NCBI GenBank assembly: GCA_045862955.1
Contig: BTVI01000004.1
Location: 43,770 to 107,769, forward strand
DNA from: Fimbriimonadales bacterium
GTDB taxonomy: Bacteria > Armatimonadota > Fimbriimonadia > Fimbriimonadales > JABRVX01
Direction of reading: 5' to 3'
DNA: 64,000 nucleotides
Below are positions 41,043 through 51,407 of this stretch, piece after piece. The notes under the pieces were generated by a model. That model was not told the DNA's origin, ran no database searches, and saw only the letters and a program-made list of their open reading frames with translations. A program made the translations under genes and the position numbers. Positions within the stretch are counted from its first letter, which is position 1; each line of letters starts with the position of its first letter.

Positions 41043-41561
41043 CTAGGCGTCGTCTTCTAAGTCGGACCGGTCGGTCATCTCCAGCACCGACTCGGCCATG
41101 TACATCGCCGCGTTGTATCGAACGGCCACGGCTATGGCGTCGCTCGGACGCGAATCGATCTCTACGATCTCGTCTCCCTTGCGCAGGTAGATCTTCGCGT
41201 AGAAAACCTCCTGCCACAGGTCGTCTATGACGATCTTGTCCACGGTGTAGCCGAGCCGGTCGATGATGTTTCGGATGAGATCGTGCGTGAAGGGTCGGTC
41301 CGGGTAGTCGTTCTCCTTGGCCATCTGGATGGAGAGCCACTCGAAGGCGCCGATGATCATGCGGACGGTGCGACCCCTGTCGTCTGAGAGCACGATCACC
41401 CGCTGGGGCGTCTGAGCGGGGTTCTCGAAATCGTAGAAACCCTCGATCTCCACGCGAACTTCCCTATCGCTCTCCCTTCCCAGGCGTTCGTGCCCCGTGG
41501 GGAAGAACGGCGGGGGCTTGCTCATATCGTCTTCGTGCATCGGATCGATGTCGTCTGGCAT
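41043..41561 (-). CDS. Bifunctional nuclease (DUF151) family protein
   Basis: IGAFE..SI, RPFTHDL, IDSRPSDAIAVA. Confidence 0.88.
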   Translation of the reverse strand: MPDDIDPMHEDDMSKPPPFFPTGHERLGRESDREVRVEIEGFYDFENPAQTPQRVIVLSDDRGRTVRMIIGAFEWLSIQMAKENDYPDRPFTHDLIRNIIDRLGYTVDKIVIDDLWQEVFYAKIYLRKGDEIVEIDSRPSDAIAVAVRYNAAMYMAESVLEMTDRSDLEDDA

Positions 41562-41578
41562 GGTGTGGACTACCGGGC

Positions 41579-42931
41579 CTATTGCAGCTTGCTCGTCTTT
41601 TCTACCACATCGGCGAGGAATTCGTCGTTGGACTTGGTCCGCGCCAACAACTTGATGAACATCTGGGTCGCCTCGATGGAGTCCTGCTGATTGGCCAAGA
41701 GCTTCCGCAGCTGCCACACGCTCTTCAGCTTTTCGGGCTTGATTAGCAGCTCCTCGTGGCGGGTGGAAGACCGCCGCACGTCGATGGCCGGCCAGATTCG
41801 GCGCTCCGCGAGCTCGCGGTCCAGCACCAACTCCATGTTGCCCGTTCCCTTGAACTCCTCGAAGATGGCATCGTCCATGCGGCTGCCCGTGTCCACCAAG
41901 ACCGTGGCGATGACCGTCATGCTGCCGCCCTCTTCGATGTTGCGTGCCGCACCGAAGAATCGGCGGGGTCGGTACAGTGCGCTGGGGTCGAGGCCGCCCG
42001 ACAGCGTTCGCCCACTCGCCGTGATCGTCAGGTTGCTCGCCCGGCTCAGACGGGTGAGGCTGTCCAGTAAGACCACGACATCCCGGCCGGCCTCCACGAG
42101 TCGCTTCGCTTGCTCCAGGGTGAGGTCGGCCACGCGCATGTGGTTCTCAGCCGGCTCGTCGAAGGTGGACGAGATGACCTGACCGCGAACCGAACGTCGC
42201 ATGTCGGTGACCTCTTCCGGACGCTCGTCTACCAGCAACACCATCAGATACACCTCGGGGTTATTGATGGCGATACTGTTGGCGATGGCCTTCAGAAGCA
42301 TGGTCTTGCCCGCCTTCGGTGGAGCGACGATGAGGCCGCGCTGGCCCTTGCCGATGGGCGAGATCAGGTCGATGATTCGCGCAGACATCTGGTCGGGCCC
42401 GATCTCCATCACCATCTGCTCGTTCGGGTAGACCGGCGTCAAGTCTTCGAAGTCGCGTCGCGAGCGCTGCGACTCGACGTCCAGGCCGTTGACAGACTCC
42501 ACCCTTAGCAAGCCGAAATACTTCTCGCCATCCTTTGGCGGCCGAACCTGCCCGAACACGGTGTCGCCCGTGCGCAACCCGAATCGCTTGATCTGGGACT
42601 GCGACACGTAGACGTCGTTCGGCGAGTTGGCAAAGTTGCTGCGGCGCAAGAAGCCGAAGCCATCTGGGAGAAGCTCAAGGATGCCCTCGGCGTAGGCAGT
42701 GCCGTGCTCGCGGTTTAGCTCGATGAGCAGCTTGTGAATGAGGTCCGCACGGCCGCGGAAGTCGAGGTCCAGCTCCAGCGACCGAGCCTGCTCCAGCAGC
42801 TCTTCGTCGCTCTTCTCGCTTAGGGTTCGGAAGTTGATGCTGGGCGCATTCTCTAGGTCAGAGGACATCTGCAGATGCGGGTCCTGCATTCGCGGTCGCC
42901 GACCGCCCGATCCATCACGTCGTCGATTCAT
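41579..42931 (-). CDS. rho: Transcription termination factor Rho (start uncertain)
   Basis: GFGFLR, DVYVSQSQI, APPKAGKT, DERPEEVTD, FKGTGNMEL. Confidence 0.97.
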   Translation of the reverse strand: MNRRRDGSGGRRPRMQDPHLQMSSDLENAPSINFRTLSEKSDEELLEQARSLELDLDFRGRADLIHKLLIELNREHGTAYAEGILELLPDGFGFLRRSNFANSPNDVYVSQSQIKRFGLRTGDTVFGQVRPPKDGEKYFGLLRVESVNGLDVESQRSRRDFEDLTPVYPNEQMVMEIGPDQMSARIIDLISPIGKGQRGLIVAPPKAGKTMLLKAIANSIAINNPEVYLMVLLVDERPEEVTDMRRSVRGQVISSTFDEPAENHMRVADLTLEQAKRLVEAGRDVVVLLDSLTRLSRASNLTITASGRTLSGGLDPSALYRPRRFFGAARNIEEGGSMTVIATVLVDTGSRMDDAIFEEFKGTGNMELVLDRELAERRIWPAIDVRRSSTRHEELLIKPEKLKSVWQLRKLLANQQDSIEATQMFIKLLARTKSNDEFLADVVEKTSKLQ

Positions 42932-43284
42932 GTTGGGGATAGTTTTTACTCCTGACGTGCCGCCTAGGCGGCATCGAAATAGAGACTGGGCTGTGCCCGC
43001 CAAAGCCACCGAAACCCGATCGAGCGGGTGGGCAAGAACGAATCTGGAGAGCGACAGCCGAAGGAGATTTGCTTCCTTGGCTACTATAGCACAATATTCG
43101 GCCGTTGTCTACACCCCACTGCAGGTTCGCGCGGCCCTGGCTACTCCCTAAGAAATTTGGTGTCGTCCAGGATCGGCGGGCTCTCTACGAGTAGCACTGA
43201 CAGCCCAGTACCTTGGCGAGGCTCGCAGGGATTTACGTTGCCCAGACGCCGCGACATTCGTTGCGCGATTCTTTAGCGAGTATC

Positions 43285-43313
43285 TCGACAACGCGGATTA
43301 CCTGTGATACAAT
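43285..43313 (+). promoter_or_regulatory. Sigma70-type promoter for the RHS locus
   Basis: TCGACA-17 nt-TACAAT with extended TG. Confidence 0.6.
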
Positions 43314-43374
43314 GCTCGAGAGGGCCCCCGGTAAAGGTGCTGGAGCCCGTGCCGGGAGCACCAGGAGGTACGGC

Positions 43375-46300
43375 ATGCGATCCACATTGAGCTCCGTCGT
43401 CCACACCGCTCAAGCCCTGCGCTGGGTGGGATCCCTGTTCACCCTCGGGCTCTGTATCCTTGCCGCTCGAGCCGGCGAGTGGAAGATTTCAAGAACGGTC
43501 GAGATCACCGTCGCTGGCGGAGTTACGGAGACAATCACCAACTGCCCCGAACCCAACGAGCCCAGCTATGAGATAGGGGGATCAGAAACCGGCACATTTC
43601 CGCAACCTGACCCAGAAGGGCTCAAGTACTTCGACCAGAGAGACTGGATGGCCGGCTGGCTAGCTGGCGTCTCAGACCCGGCGCTCGAGGGCACAGCGCG
43701 CATAACCTATACGGTGACCTACGAACCGGACTCCGAGGAGGACGAGCCGCCCTCCCGCATAGTCCTGATCCTTGGCGGCTGGCTCTCCTTGGATGGCATC
43801 GGACCGGTAGTCGTCGGCGACTGCTGCCCAGGGGAAGGCCCAGAGGTAGGCGGCGTACATGCAGAGGCGCTGGCCCGGGTCTTGGGTGAAGCTCGTGATG
43901 GACAGGGCTCCGTATCCGCCGGCTGTGACACGTCGGAGGAGTTCAGCCACGCACGGCTGCGTGTCCTGGTGCGGGTGGTCTCCATGGTAAAGGACCAGCA
44001 GTCGGGCAACTGGAGCGGTAGCACCGAAGTCGAGGCGGAGATCGGGATAAAAGAGGAGCTTGTCGGCGAAGGAGCCGTGCGAGCATCCGGCTTCTGGTGG
44101 TCAACCGCCGAAGTGCACATCTATCCCGCCGAGCCGGGCTTCCTGTTTCCAGCGTTCTCACTCCCTTCGGGCCCCGGCGGCGGTTGCGAGTGCGGTATCC
44201 TCACCATCGAACCGCTCAGCGGGACGGTTACCGCCGGCGGCGAGTTCGTCGTCTTCTCGGGGACGATCCCCCTTCGTTCGCAGCGCCAGGACGACGACCG
44301 GGAAGCCGGTGACCCTGGCACAATGTACTCTCTGTTCCCTCCGCCATTCGGGAACATGTCGCACTGGCTATCCATGCGGGTGGAGCCAGGCCGGGCCCTG
44401 CTCGACTACTGGACACCGAACACCTTCACCAACGATGTAGACCCCGCGGGCCGACTGGGCTTCGCCATCGTGCCCGCACGCACCTCAGAGGCAGGCGTGG
44501 GGTCTCCAAGTGCCTCCGCAAGGGCCGGCGTCCTTGCAAGCACAACGCAGGGCCTAACAAGCCTGACCGACCCCGACATTGGCGACTTCGCAGTTGATGC
44601 CACGGGAGCACGCATCCGATTCGGTTCCTACAACGGCGCAGAGCGGGTGGAGTCGAACCTCAGCTTCGTGACGGGAGGCTCGACCATCACGAATGCCGGC
44701 CCGCCCGGCAGAATCGCTTCTAGAGGCGGGTGGACCTACACGTTCGGCCTATACACGGATCTCACGGACAACGTCCCGATTCACCTCCTGACGGGCATTA
44801 CCGACCCGTTCGGCAACGTGGTCTCGATCAACCACGAACAGCGGACCGCCACCTTCAGTTGGAGCGGGGAGACTTGGACCTGGGACCTGTACACGAACGA
44901 GCCAGGCGGGCCGTCAGGGTACCTACGGATGCTCGAAAGGCCAGGTGAGCGGTTTACGTTCACGTGGACCGCAGACGGTCGGATGGCCGGCTACGGACGC
45001 TACGTTTTCGACCCAGGGCTTCAGGATTGGCAGCTGGTCGAGCACTATAGCTTCGGCTGGAACTCCGCGCCGGGTGGGCTGTTACGCGCCGAGCATCAGG
45101 TTACGGGCGACTGCCAGGCTGGTTGCAACACGACGCAGATCGTGGGCCAGGAGTGGCACTCTGCCACACCTTTCGCCAGCCAGAACGAGCCCCACCTGGT
45201 TGCCTTCACCGACCGTTTCGGTCACCCCAAGATGCAGGCAACGGCGGTGGGATTCGAAGGTGCAACGGTCGCAACGAATCTGACAAGGTACCAGTCCGGG
45301 CGCGACTACATGGTGACAGCGACCGACCAGACCGGAAAGACATCCACCACCCGTCTCAGAACAGAAACCGATGTCACGGGCATCCCCCGGGTCAGCGAGA
45401 TACACTCAGAAGGAGCAGTGCTCGTCGGCGCCGGTACACCTTCTCGTACCGTCGTCACTCTGGACCAGTACGATCGCGCGATAGCGGTGGAATGGGATAC
45501 GGAAGCTGGCCCGCTCGCCAACGGCTACGAACTCACCTACGACGGCTACTCGCAGCGCATCGCGTCGGTTCGCAACCGCGACACACACGACACCTGGACC
45601 GTCAGTTGGGCCACCGCGGGTGGTGAGCCTGTTGTCGGCGCAGTCACCGACCCGACGAGCATCTCGTGGCAGTTCTCCTACGGCCAACGCGGGAATCCCG
45701 CCGCCGCGCTCACGACGATGACCTCCCCTTGGGGCGCACACTGGCTGTTCGACTACAACGGCATCGGACAGCTGAAGCAGACGGCAGCGCCCGGTCGAGC
45801 GAGCGACGTTATACAGTACTATGGAGAGGAGCAACAGGACCCACAGGAGTACCTCTCGCTTCCCAAGAGGTACACCGACCCGACGGGCCGCAGCGTGTAT
45901 TTCGAGGCGTACGACCTAAGAAAGAACCTCACCAAATACTCCTTCGAGGACGACGCCCTCAACAAGATCGGCACGCTCTTCGAATACGACGCATTCGGCA
46001 ACCTGAGCACGATCACCCACACTGATCAGTCCCAAGCGTCGTTCACCTACGGCGGTGGGCTGCTCACGAAGGTGACGGACGAGGTAGATCGTAAGGTGTA
46101 CTTCGACCGCTATCCCGGTGGGGATAACCCTGGCAAACTCCGCTCCGTCGCCTTCGACCAGAGCCACGACGACTTGTTCGCCTACCTGGCTTACGATGCC
46201 GCCGGCAGGCTCACACACGTCTGGGATGGGCTCCACGCGACCAATCCCTACGAAGACCCCCCGCCAGCCCAAGAGGTGGCCATACTCTCCTATGACTACG

Positions 46301-48411
46301 GCCAGGCCGGAGAGCTCGTATCCATCACCCATCACAATGCCGATGAGCAGTCCTACTCTACCGAGCGCTTTTACTACAACGCCGAAGGGACCCTGCGCGA
46401 GCGCGAGACGACCGACGGGCGAACCATCGGCTATCTCTACGACCCGAATCGCGAGTGGCTCACGGGGATTGACTACCCCAACGATCCGGACGTCACCTTC
46501 ACCTACGATGCCGCAGGGAGGCTCGAGTACGTGGACGACGGCCCGGGGGCGATTGACTACGTGTACGACGCGTACAAGCGCCTGTGGAAGGTCATCCGAA
46601 CCTTCGACGCCCTGGCGAACAAGCAGTACGTCATCGAGTACTTCTACAACCCCGACGGCACCGTGCAGAAGACCAAGTCGGGGCTGGTGGCAGGCGGCAC
46701 CGACAGTCGGCTCGAAACGCACTACACCCTGGACGATGCGGGCAGAATGACTGCTCTTCAGGTGCTCTTCCCTGCCTCGCCACCGCCCGGAGGACGCTCG
46801 ATGTCGGGTGGCATCCCCGTCGCAAACACCTGGACGTGGACCTATGACCGTGCTGGCAGGCTAAAGACGGAGACGGACCCTACCGGCGTCGTGACCACCT
46901 ACACCTACAAACCGAATGACGACAAGTCGTTCCTCCAGCGTGTCGAGACGAAGAACGGCGCCGTGACCCTGATGCGCTTCGACTACACGGATTACCCGGA
47001 CGCGTCGGTGGCGAGTGTTACGGAGACCATCGGCGGCGGGGCGAACGGGACAGTAAGCTATGAGTATGACCACCGGGCCCAGTTGCAGAGCGACGCGAGG
47101 AGCGGCGGCTATGCCTTCTACAGAGGCTACCAGTATGACCGAGCGGGAAACCTCGTGCGGCTGGACTTCGACGAACAGGGTCGGGTAAGCAGCGCCTGGA
47201 CGAGCTCGTACAACCAGCTTCAGTCCGTGAGCGGGGCGCTGAGTTATGGGTTGGCGTACGGAGCGGACGGAGCCGTGGCTGGGCTGGATGACGGGTCGAA
47301 CCAGTGGACGTACGCCTACGATGACGAGAACCGGCTGAAGGAGGTGCGGCGGGGCGCGAACCTGGTGTACACTTGCGTGTACGATGCGTTCGGGCGGCCG
47401 GCAGTGGAGACGCTGAACGGCGCGACGAGGTATCTAGTCTGGGAAGGGGATGAGCTGTTGTTGGAGGTGGCTCCGGGGACCGGAGCGGTGGTGACCAGGC
47501 ACGTCTGGGGTGCGGGAGGGTACCAGGGGTACTTCCGGAACGAGGGCAGCACCCCTACCCGGTTGGCTCTCCGCGATGGCTTGGGGCACGTGCGCGGACT
47601 GATGAACACGTCGAAGGCGATCACCGACCGGTACCTATTCGACGCGTACGGAAACGACGTCGCGGCGAACCTGCACAACACCACCGAGGGCAACAGCCTC
47701 CGCTTTCGCTGGAACGGGTCGTATGGCTACCGGACACTGTACCTACTATCCGGTCAGCAGAGTACTAACACGGCCACGGTGATGCACGTCGGTGCCCGCC
47801 ACTACTCCCCCTCCCTCCACCGCTGGCTGCAGAGGGATCCGATTCGGCTGCGCGGAGGCAGCCCAAACCTATACACATACTGCGCCAGCAACCCTGTAAG
47901 CTTCGTGGATCCGTCGGGCCTCTGCCAACTCATTCTCTACGTCAACCCTGGCGGCGCCGGCATGGGCAGTCACCTACTGGTTGGTCTTGTGGACAATAGC
48001 GGCAATGTAACCTGGGTCAGCTTCTATCCTGAGGATCCCGCCAGAATGAAGAAGAAGCAATCAGAGGGGCCCGGCCATGTGAGTATCACGCAGACTCCCA
48101 CGCGAGGAGGGCGCGGAGTCGTCTTCGACATCACCGATGATCAGTACGGGAAGCTCCTTGCAGCGGTTATAGCGGAGGTGCAGCAGCGGGTTGAAGGCCG
48201 GGGGAAGAAGTATGACCTGTCAGGCTACAACTGTGTGGATTGGGCGGACGAGTTGTTCTCCATGGCACTCGGCACAGAGCCTTATCCTGAAAGGCAACCT
48301 GGAAGGGTGACCAAGCCGAGTCGATACCTTGACTGGTTTCCTGGCAGCAGGCCCATTCCGAAGCTCGGCGAGTGGCGACCAGGTGACGTGTTGCCGGTGC
48401 AAATGCGATGA
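43375..48411 (+). CDS. Full-length RHS/YD-repeat toxin with Sec-type signal peptide and permuted papain-like C-terminal domain
   Basis: AGGAGG RBS, signal ending ARA; YD repeats; GARHYSP..RWLQRDP; PVSFVDPSGL; tip with GSH...YDLSGYNC. Confidence 0.9.
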   Translation: MRSTLSSVVHTAQALRWVGSLFTLGLCILAARAGEWKISRTVEITVAGGVTETITNCPEPNEPSYEIGGSETGTFPQPDPEGLKYFDQRDWMAGWLAGVSDPALEGTARITYTVTYEPDSEEDEPPSRIVLILGGWLSLDGIGPVVVGDCCPGEGPEVGGVHAEALARVLGEARDGQGSVSAGCDTSEEFSHARLRVLVRVVSMVKDQQSGNWSGSTEVEAEIGIKEELVGEGAVRASGFWWSTAEVHIYPAEPGFLFPAFSLPSGPGGGCECGILTIEPLSGTVTAGGEFVVFSGTIPLRSQRQDDDREAGDPGTMYSLFPPPFGNMSHWLSMRVEPGRALLDYWTPNTFTNDVDPAGRLGFAIVPARTSEAGVGSPSASARAGVLASTTQGLTSLTDPDIGDFAVDATGARIRFGSYNGAERVESNLSFVTGGSTITNAGPPGRIASRGGWTYTFGLYTDLTDNVPIHLLTGITDPFGNVVSINHEQRTATFSWSGETWTWDLYTNEPGGPSGYLRMLERPGERFTFTWTADGRMAGYGRYVFDPGLQDWQLVEHYSFGWNSAPGGLLRAEHQVTGDCQAGCNTTQIVGQEWHSATPFASQNEPHLVAFTDRFGHPKMQATAVGFEGATVATNLTRYQSGRDYMVTATDQTGKTSTTRLRTETDVTGIPRVSEIHSEGAVLVGAGTPSRTVVTLDQYDRAIAVEWDTEAGPLANGYELTYDGYSQRIASVRNRDTHDTWTVSWATAGGEPVVGAVTDPTSISWQFSYGQRGNPAAALTTMTSPWGAHWLFDYNGIGQLKQTAAPGRASDVIQYYGEEQQDPQEYLSLPKRYTDPTGRSVYFEAYDLRKNLTKYSFEDDALNKIGTLFEYDAFGNLSTITHTDQSQASFTYGGGLLTKVTDEVDRKVYFDRYPGGDNPGKLRSVAFDQSHDDLFAYLAYDAAGRLTHVWDGLHATNPYEDPPPAQEVAILSYDYGQAGELVSITHHNADEQSYSTERFYYNAEGTLRERETTDGRTIGYLYDPNREWLTGIDYPNDPDVTFTYDAAGRLEYVDDGPGAIDYVYDAYKRLWKVIRTFDALANKQYVIEYFYNPDGTVQKTKSGLVAGGTDSRLETHYTLDDAGRMTALQVLFPASPPPGGRSMSGGIPVANTWTWTYDRAGRLKTETDPTGVVTTYTYKPNDDKSFLQRVETKNGAVTLMRFDYTDYPDASVASVTETIGGGANGTVSYEYDHRAQLQSDARSGGYAFYRGYQYDRAGNLVRLDFDEQGRVSSAWTSSYNQLQSVSGALSYGLAYGADGAVAGLDDGSNQWTYAYDDENRLKEVRRGANLVYTCVYDAFGRPAVETLNGATRYLVWEGDELLLEVAPGTGAVVTRHVWGAGGYQGYFRNEGSTPTRLALRDGLGHVRGLMNTSKAITDRYLFDAYGNDVAANLHNTTEGNSLRFRWNGSYGYRTLYLLSGQQSTNTATVMHVGARHYSPSLHRWLQRDPIRLRGGSPNLYTYCASNPVSFVDPSGLCQLILYVNPGGAGMGSHLLVGLVDNSGNVTWVSFYPEDPARMKKKQSEGPGHVSITQTPTRGGRGVVFDITDDQYGKLLAAVIAEVQQRVEGRGKKYDLSGYNCVDWADELFSMALGTEPYPERQPGRVTKPSRYLDWFPGSRPIPKLGEWRPGDVLPVQMR

Positions 48412-49148
48412 GACCGGGGCGCAGATGGCTGGTGCTAGTGTTAGTGTCTGCCGTAGTCGTCACATCGCTCGGCCTGTTCTTCTGGCCTAGGTTCATAAGT
48501 CCTTCGAGGTACTACTATTTGGTGGACTCGCGGGTTCTGCCGGCTCGGCTAGCCGAGGCTGAGCGGCTGGCTCGGTCGGCGAATCCCGAGTGGAGGGAGG
48601 TAGCTTGCAGCATAGTGGAGGTCAGCAAAGATAACCGGGCGGTGCCGCTGATGCTGAAGCTGTTGCTTGAGGACCGTGACGAAGGTGTAAGGCGGTCGGC
48701 AGCCGCGGCTCTAAGCGAGGTTGACGATCCTAGGATTGCTGGGGCACTTACGCGGCCGATACGTAGGATGGACCCGTGTGCCCGGCGCGTTGCTGCAATT
48801 GCTCTCTGGCGTAAGTCCGACCCGGACGCTGCGGCGATCTTCTGCTGGATGCTGCGAAGTACGGAGGAGATGGATCGACTGACAGCCATCGACGGCCTAG
48901 GCCGCCTCAAGGGTGAGCAGAACCGGCAAACGGCTGTTCGCGTACTCATGGAGTCGCTAAGCCATGCGCCCCGCCGCGAGCTACTACGCATCTGCGGCAC
49001 GTTAGTCTATCTGGGTGCAGAGGAAGCGGTGTCCGAATTGCGCCAAGTACGTCAACGACGCGACATCGAGCCTACTGATCGTGAATGGATCGACTACTGG
49101 ATCGGTCTCCTTCAGGGTCGGCGAGTGGACCCTCCGGAGCACCCCTAG
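48408..49148 (+). CDS. HEAT-repeat protein with N-terminal anchor, putative immunity protein
   Basis: ATGA overlap with RHS; D..VRR.AA.AL HEAT pattern. Confidence 0.7.
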   Translation: MRPGRRWLVLVLVSAVVVTSLGLFFWPRFISPSRYYYLVDSRVLPARLAEAERLARSANPEWREVACSIVEVSKDNRAVPLMLKLLLEDRDEGVRRSAAAALSEVDDPRIAGALTRPIRRMDPCARRVAAIALWRKSDPDAAAIFCWMLRSTEEMDRLTAIDGLGRLKGEQNRQTAVRVLMESLSHAPRRELLRICGTLVYLGAEEAVSELRQVRQRRDIEPTDREWIDYWIGLLQGRRVDPPEHP

Positions 49149-49289
49149 CTCCGGGAGCCGCTCGTTAGGCCTGAAGCCCGCATTGCCTCCACTTACGTGG
49201 AGTCTGACGACAAGTGGTTCTTGCAGACGACAGTGATGAAGAACCCGGCCAACATGCTGATGAAGTTCGAGAGCGCGCCCGAACCGGAT

Positions 49290-49694
49290 CCGTAGGACGC
49301 GAAACACTCATTACTGCGGCTTACTGCCGGAACCAGCCAAGCGATCGCCGCCGCGAGGGCTGCACGGACGGCGCGAGCTACGGTGGCGACAGCAAGTGCA
49401 AGTACGAGCCGTGCCGCACCCATTTTTCGAGCCGGGATAGAGGTGACGAAGCATGCCGCGGAGCAGATGGCACTGCACAAGGTCACCGCCAGGATGATCG
49501 AGGTAGCATTGGCCAAGGGCGAGCGGTTCTGGGATCCGCTCGGCAAGACATACATCTACATTCTGAGGAGAGCTTACCAGACGAAGGGCGGAGCGCAAGA
49601 TCTGCTGATCGCCAAGAGCCCAACGTGCAAGCGTATCGTGACCGTCATCGTAGGAAACAGGGTGGAGAGACCGAGGTTCGTACCCGTCAAGTGA
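49290..49694 (+). pseudogene. Orphan toxin tip lacking RHS core: DUF4258-like putative RNase (copy 1)
   Basis: TKHAAEQM...IEVAL..G...IVTVI; near-identical to the tip at 59500-59899. Confidence 0.7.
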
Positions 49695-49909
49695 TTGTGG
49701 ATCTGGTATCGTTGGTCAAAGAGCTTGCCGCTCACCCGGACTTCGAACCGGGGACGCCGGTGTGCTTCGAGACTCGGTCGCAACGGTTTGACCAACCATC
49801 AGACGTTGCTGATAGCGTGCCGTACGACTGCGCCAACGGCGTAGACCTATGGGTCTACATAGACCACCAAGGGCTTGTGCTTGGGCTCGAGTTCTGGGGC
49901 GACTGGTGA
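49691..49909 (+). CDS. DUF2283-like immunity/antitoxin 1
   Basis: GTGA overlap; PDFEPGTPV, CANG, DHQGLVLGLEF. Confidence 0.75.
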   Translation: MIVDLVSLVKELAAHPDFEPGTPVCFETRSQRFDQPSDVADSVPYDCANGVDLWVYIDHQGLVLGLEFWGDW

Positions 49910-50039
49910 GCGAAGGGGCCTCGGGCGTCAACGACTGCACCCGGCGTGGCGGTTGGTGTCATAGTTCCGCTCGCCCGACTCTGGCTCCGACTACCATCGT
50001 GCGAAGCGTCGTGTGGACAAGTAAGCATGGGGTGGGAAC

Positions 50040-50261
50040 ATGTTCATTGACCTCATCAACGTCCTCAAGCAGATTTCAGCCCGGTCGGACTACGACCCAG
50101 GGACGCCCGTGTATCTAGACACGCGACCACAGGGTCTAGAGCCACGGCCCGAGGTCGCCAAGAGAGACGAGTGGCTTTGCGAGAACGGGATGAAGTTGGT
50201 CGTTGAGTTCGATGGCCAAGGACGTGTGCTCGGCATACAAGTGTGGCCGATCCCCGACTGA
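50040..50261 (+). CDS. DUF2283-like immunity/antitoxin 2 (orphan)
   Basis: DYDPGTPVYL, CENG, DGQGRVLGIQV. Confidence 0.75.
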   Translation: MFIDLINVLKQISARSDYDPGTPVYLDTRPQGLEPRPEVAKRDEWLCENGMKLVVEFDGQGRVLGIQVWPIPD

Positions 50262-50333
50262 AATCCATCGCCTATCGGTTAGCTCCTTTTCTGCCCATGC
50301 CGGGAAGTCTGCGATGAGCCGGCCATCGAGACG

Positions 50334-51407
50334 GTGAACGGGTTGACGAGGTATCTGGTCTGGGAAGGGGATGAGCTGTTGTTGGAGGTAGCTCCGGGGA
50401 CCGGAGCAGTGATGACCAGGCACGTCTGGGGTGCGGGAGGGTACCAGGGGTACTTCCGGAACGAGGGCAGCACCCCTACCCGGTTGGCTCTCCGCGATGG
50501 CTTGGGGCATGTGAGAGGGTTGATGAATACGTCGAAGGTGATCACTGATAGGTACGTGTACGACGCGTACGGCAACGACGTCGCCCCTAACCTGCACAAC
50601 ACCACCGAGGGCAACAGCCTCCGCTTTCGCTGGAACGGCTCCTACGGCTACCGGACGCTGTACCTGCTATCCGGTCAGCAGAGTACTAACACCGCCACGG
50701 TGATGCACGTCGGTGCCCGCCACTACTCCCCATCGCTGAGAAGATGGCTGCAGCGGGATCCTGTTGGTCTGGGTGGTGGCAGTCCCAATCTGTATCAGTA
50801 CTGCTGTAACTCTCCCATCGGAGCGGTCGATCCGATGGGACTCCAGATGCGGCCCCCAGTAGGACACGAAGAGCGGATCATCTCACTGGCTCTGGGTCTG
50901 ATTCGGCAGGTTGCCCCGGAGATCGCAGACGACTTGCGATCGATTCTGGTGCTTGTCGATGATGACCTGGAACTCGGTGCTCGCGGCACCATCAGAGATG
51001 GCTGCATCGTGCTCAAACCTCACTGGACGGATCCTACAGGGCTGAAGACGTATTGGCACGAGATGAGATCGCGCGCAGTAGAGGCTGCATCGACCATCGT
51101 GCATGAGTACTACCACCTGCGAAAGCAGGCGGAGGGATGGGCGAAGCTGATTTCCTCTTTGGCTTATCACGGGGCCCTGTTGTGGGCTACCCTCGGGGTT
51201 ATGTTCAGCCCCCTCAACGATGTCGAGCAAGTTCCGAAAGACCCACTAGCAGCGTATGAGAAACCGGCGTACTCCTTCTCCGTGCGCTTCCTTGATATCC
51301 TCGCGATAGCGAGGCCAGACCTCATTGCGTACATTCGAGCGACACGTGCGGAAATCTGTGCGGCTTTTGAGCAGCACTATGGTTTGCCACTAACAGGGGG
51401 AGGTTGA
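50334..51407 (+). CDS. Orphan RHS cassette with HExxH metallopeptidase-like tip
   Basis: Core nearly identical to 47410-47860; PIGAVDPMGL; TIVHEYYH and a later E. Confidence 0.8.
   Translation: MNGLTRYLVWEGDELLLEVAPGTGAVMTRHVWGAGGYQGYFRNEGSTPTRLALRDGLGHVRGLMNTSKVITDRYVYDAYGNDVAPNLHNTTEGNSLRFRWNGSYGYRTLYLLSGQQSTNTATVMHVGARHYSPSLRRWLQRDPVGLGGGSPNLYQYCCNSPIGAVDPMGLQMRPPVGHEERIISLALGLIRQVAPEIADDLRSILVLVDDDLELGARGTIRDGCIVLKPHWTDPTGLKTYWHEMRSRAVEAASTIVHEYYHLRKQAEGWAKLISSLAYHGALLWATLGVMFSPLNDVEQVPKDPLAAYEKPAYSFSVRFLDILAIARPDLIAYIRATRAEICAAFEQHYGLPLTGGG

Noticed and set aside
49214..49909. 231-aa ORF
   Set aside because: Off-frame overlap of the toxin tip fused to the true 72-aa immunity gene starting at 49691
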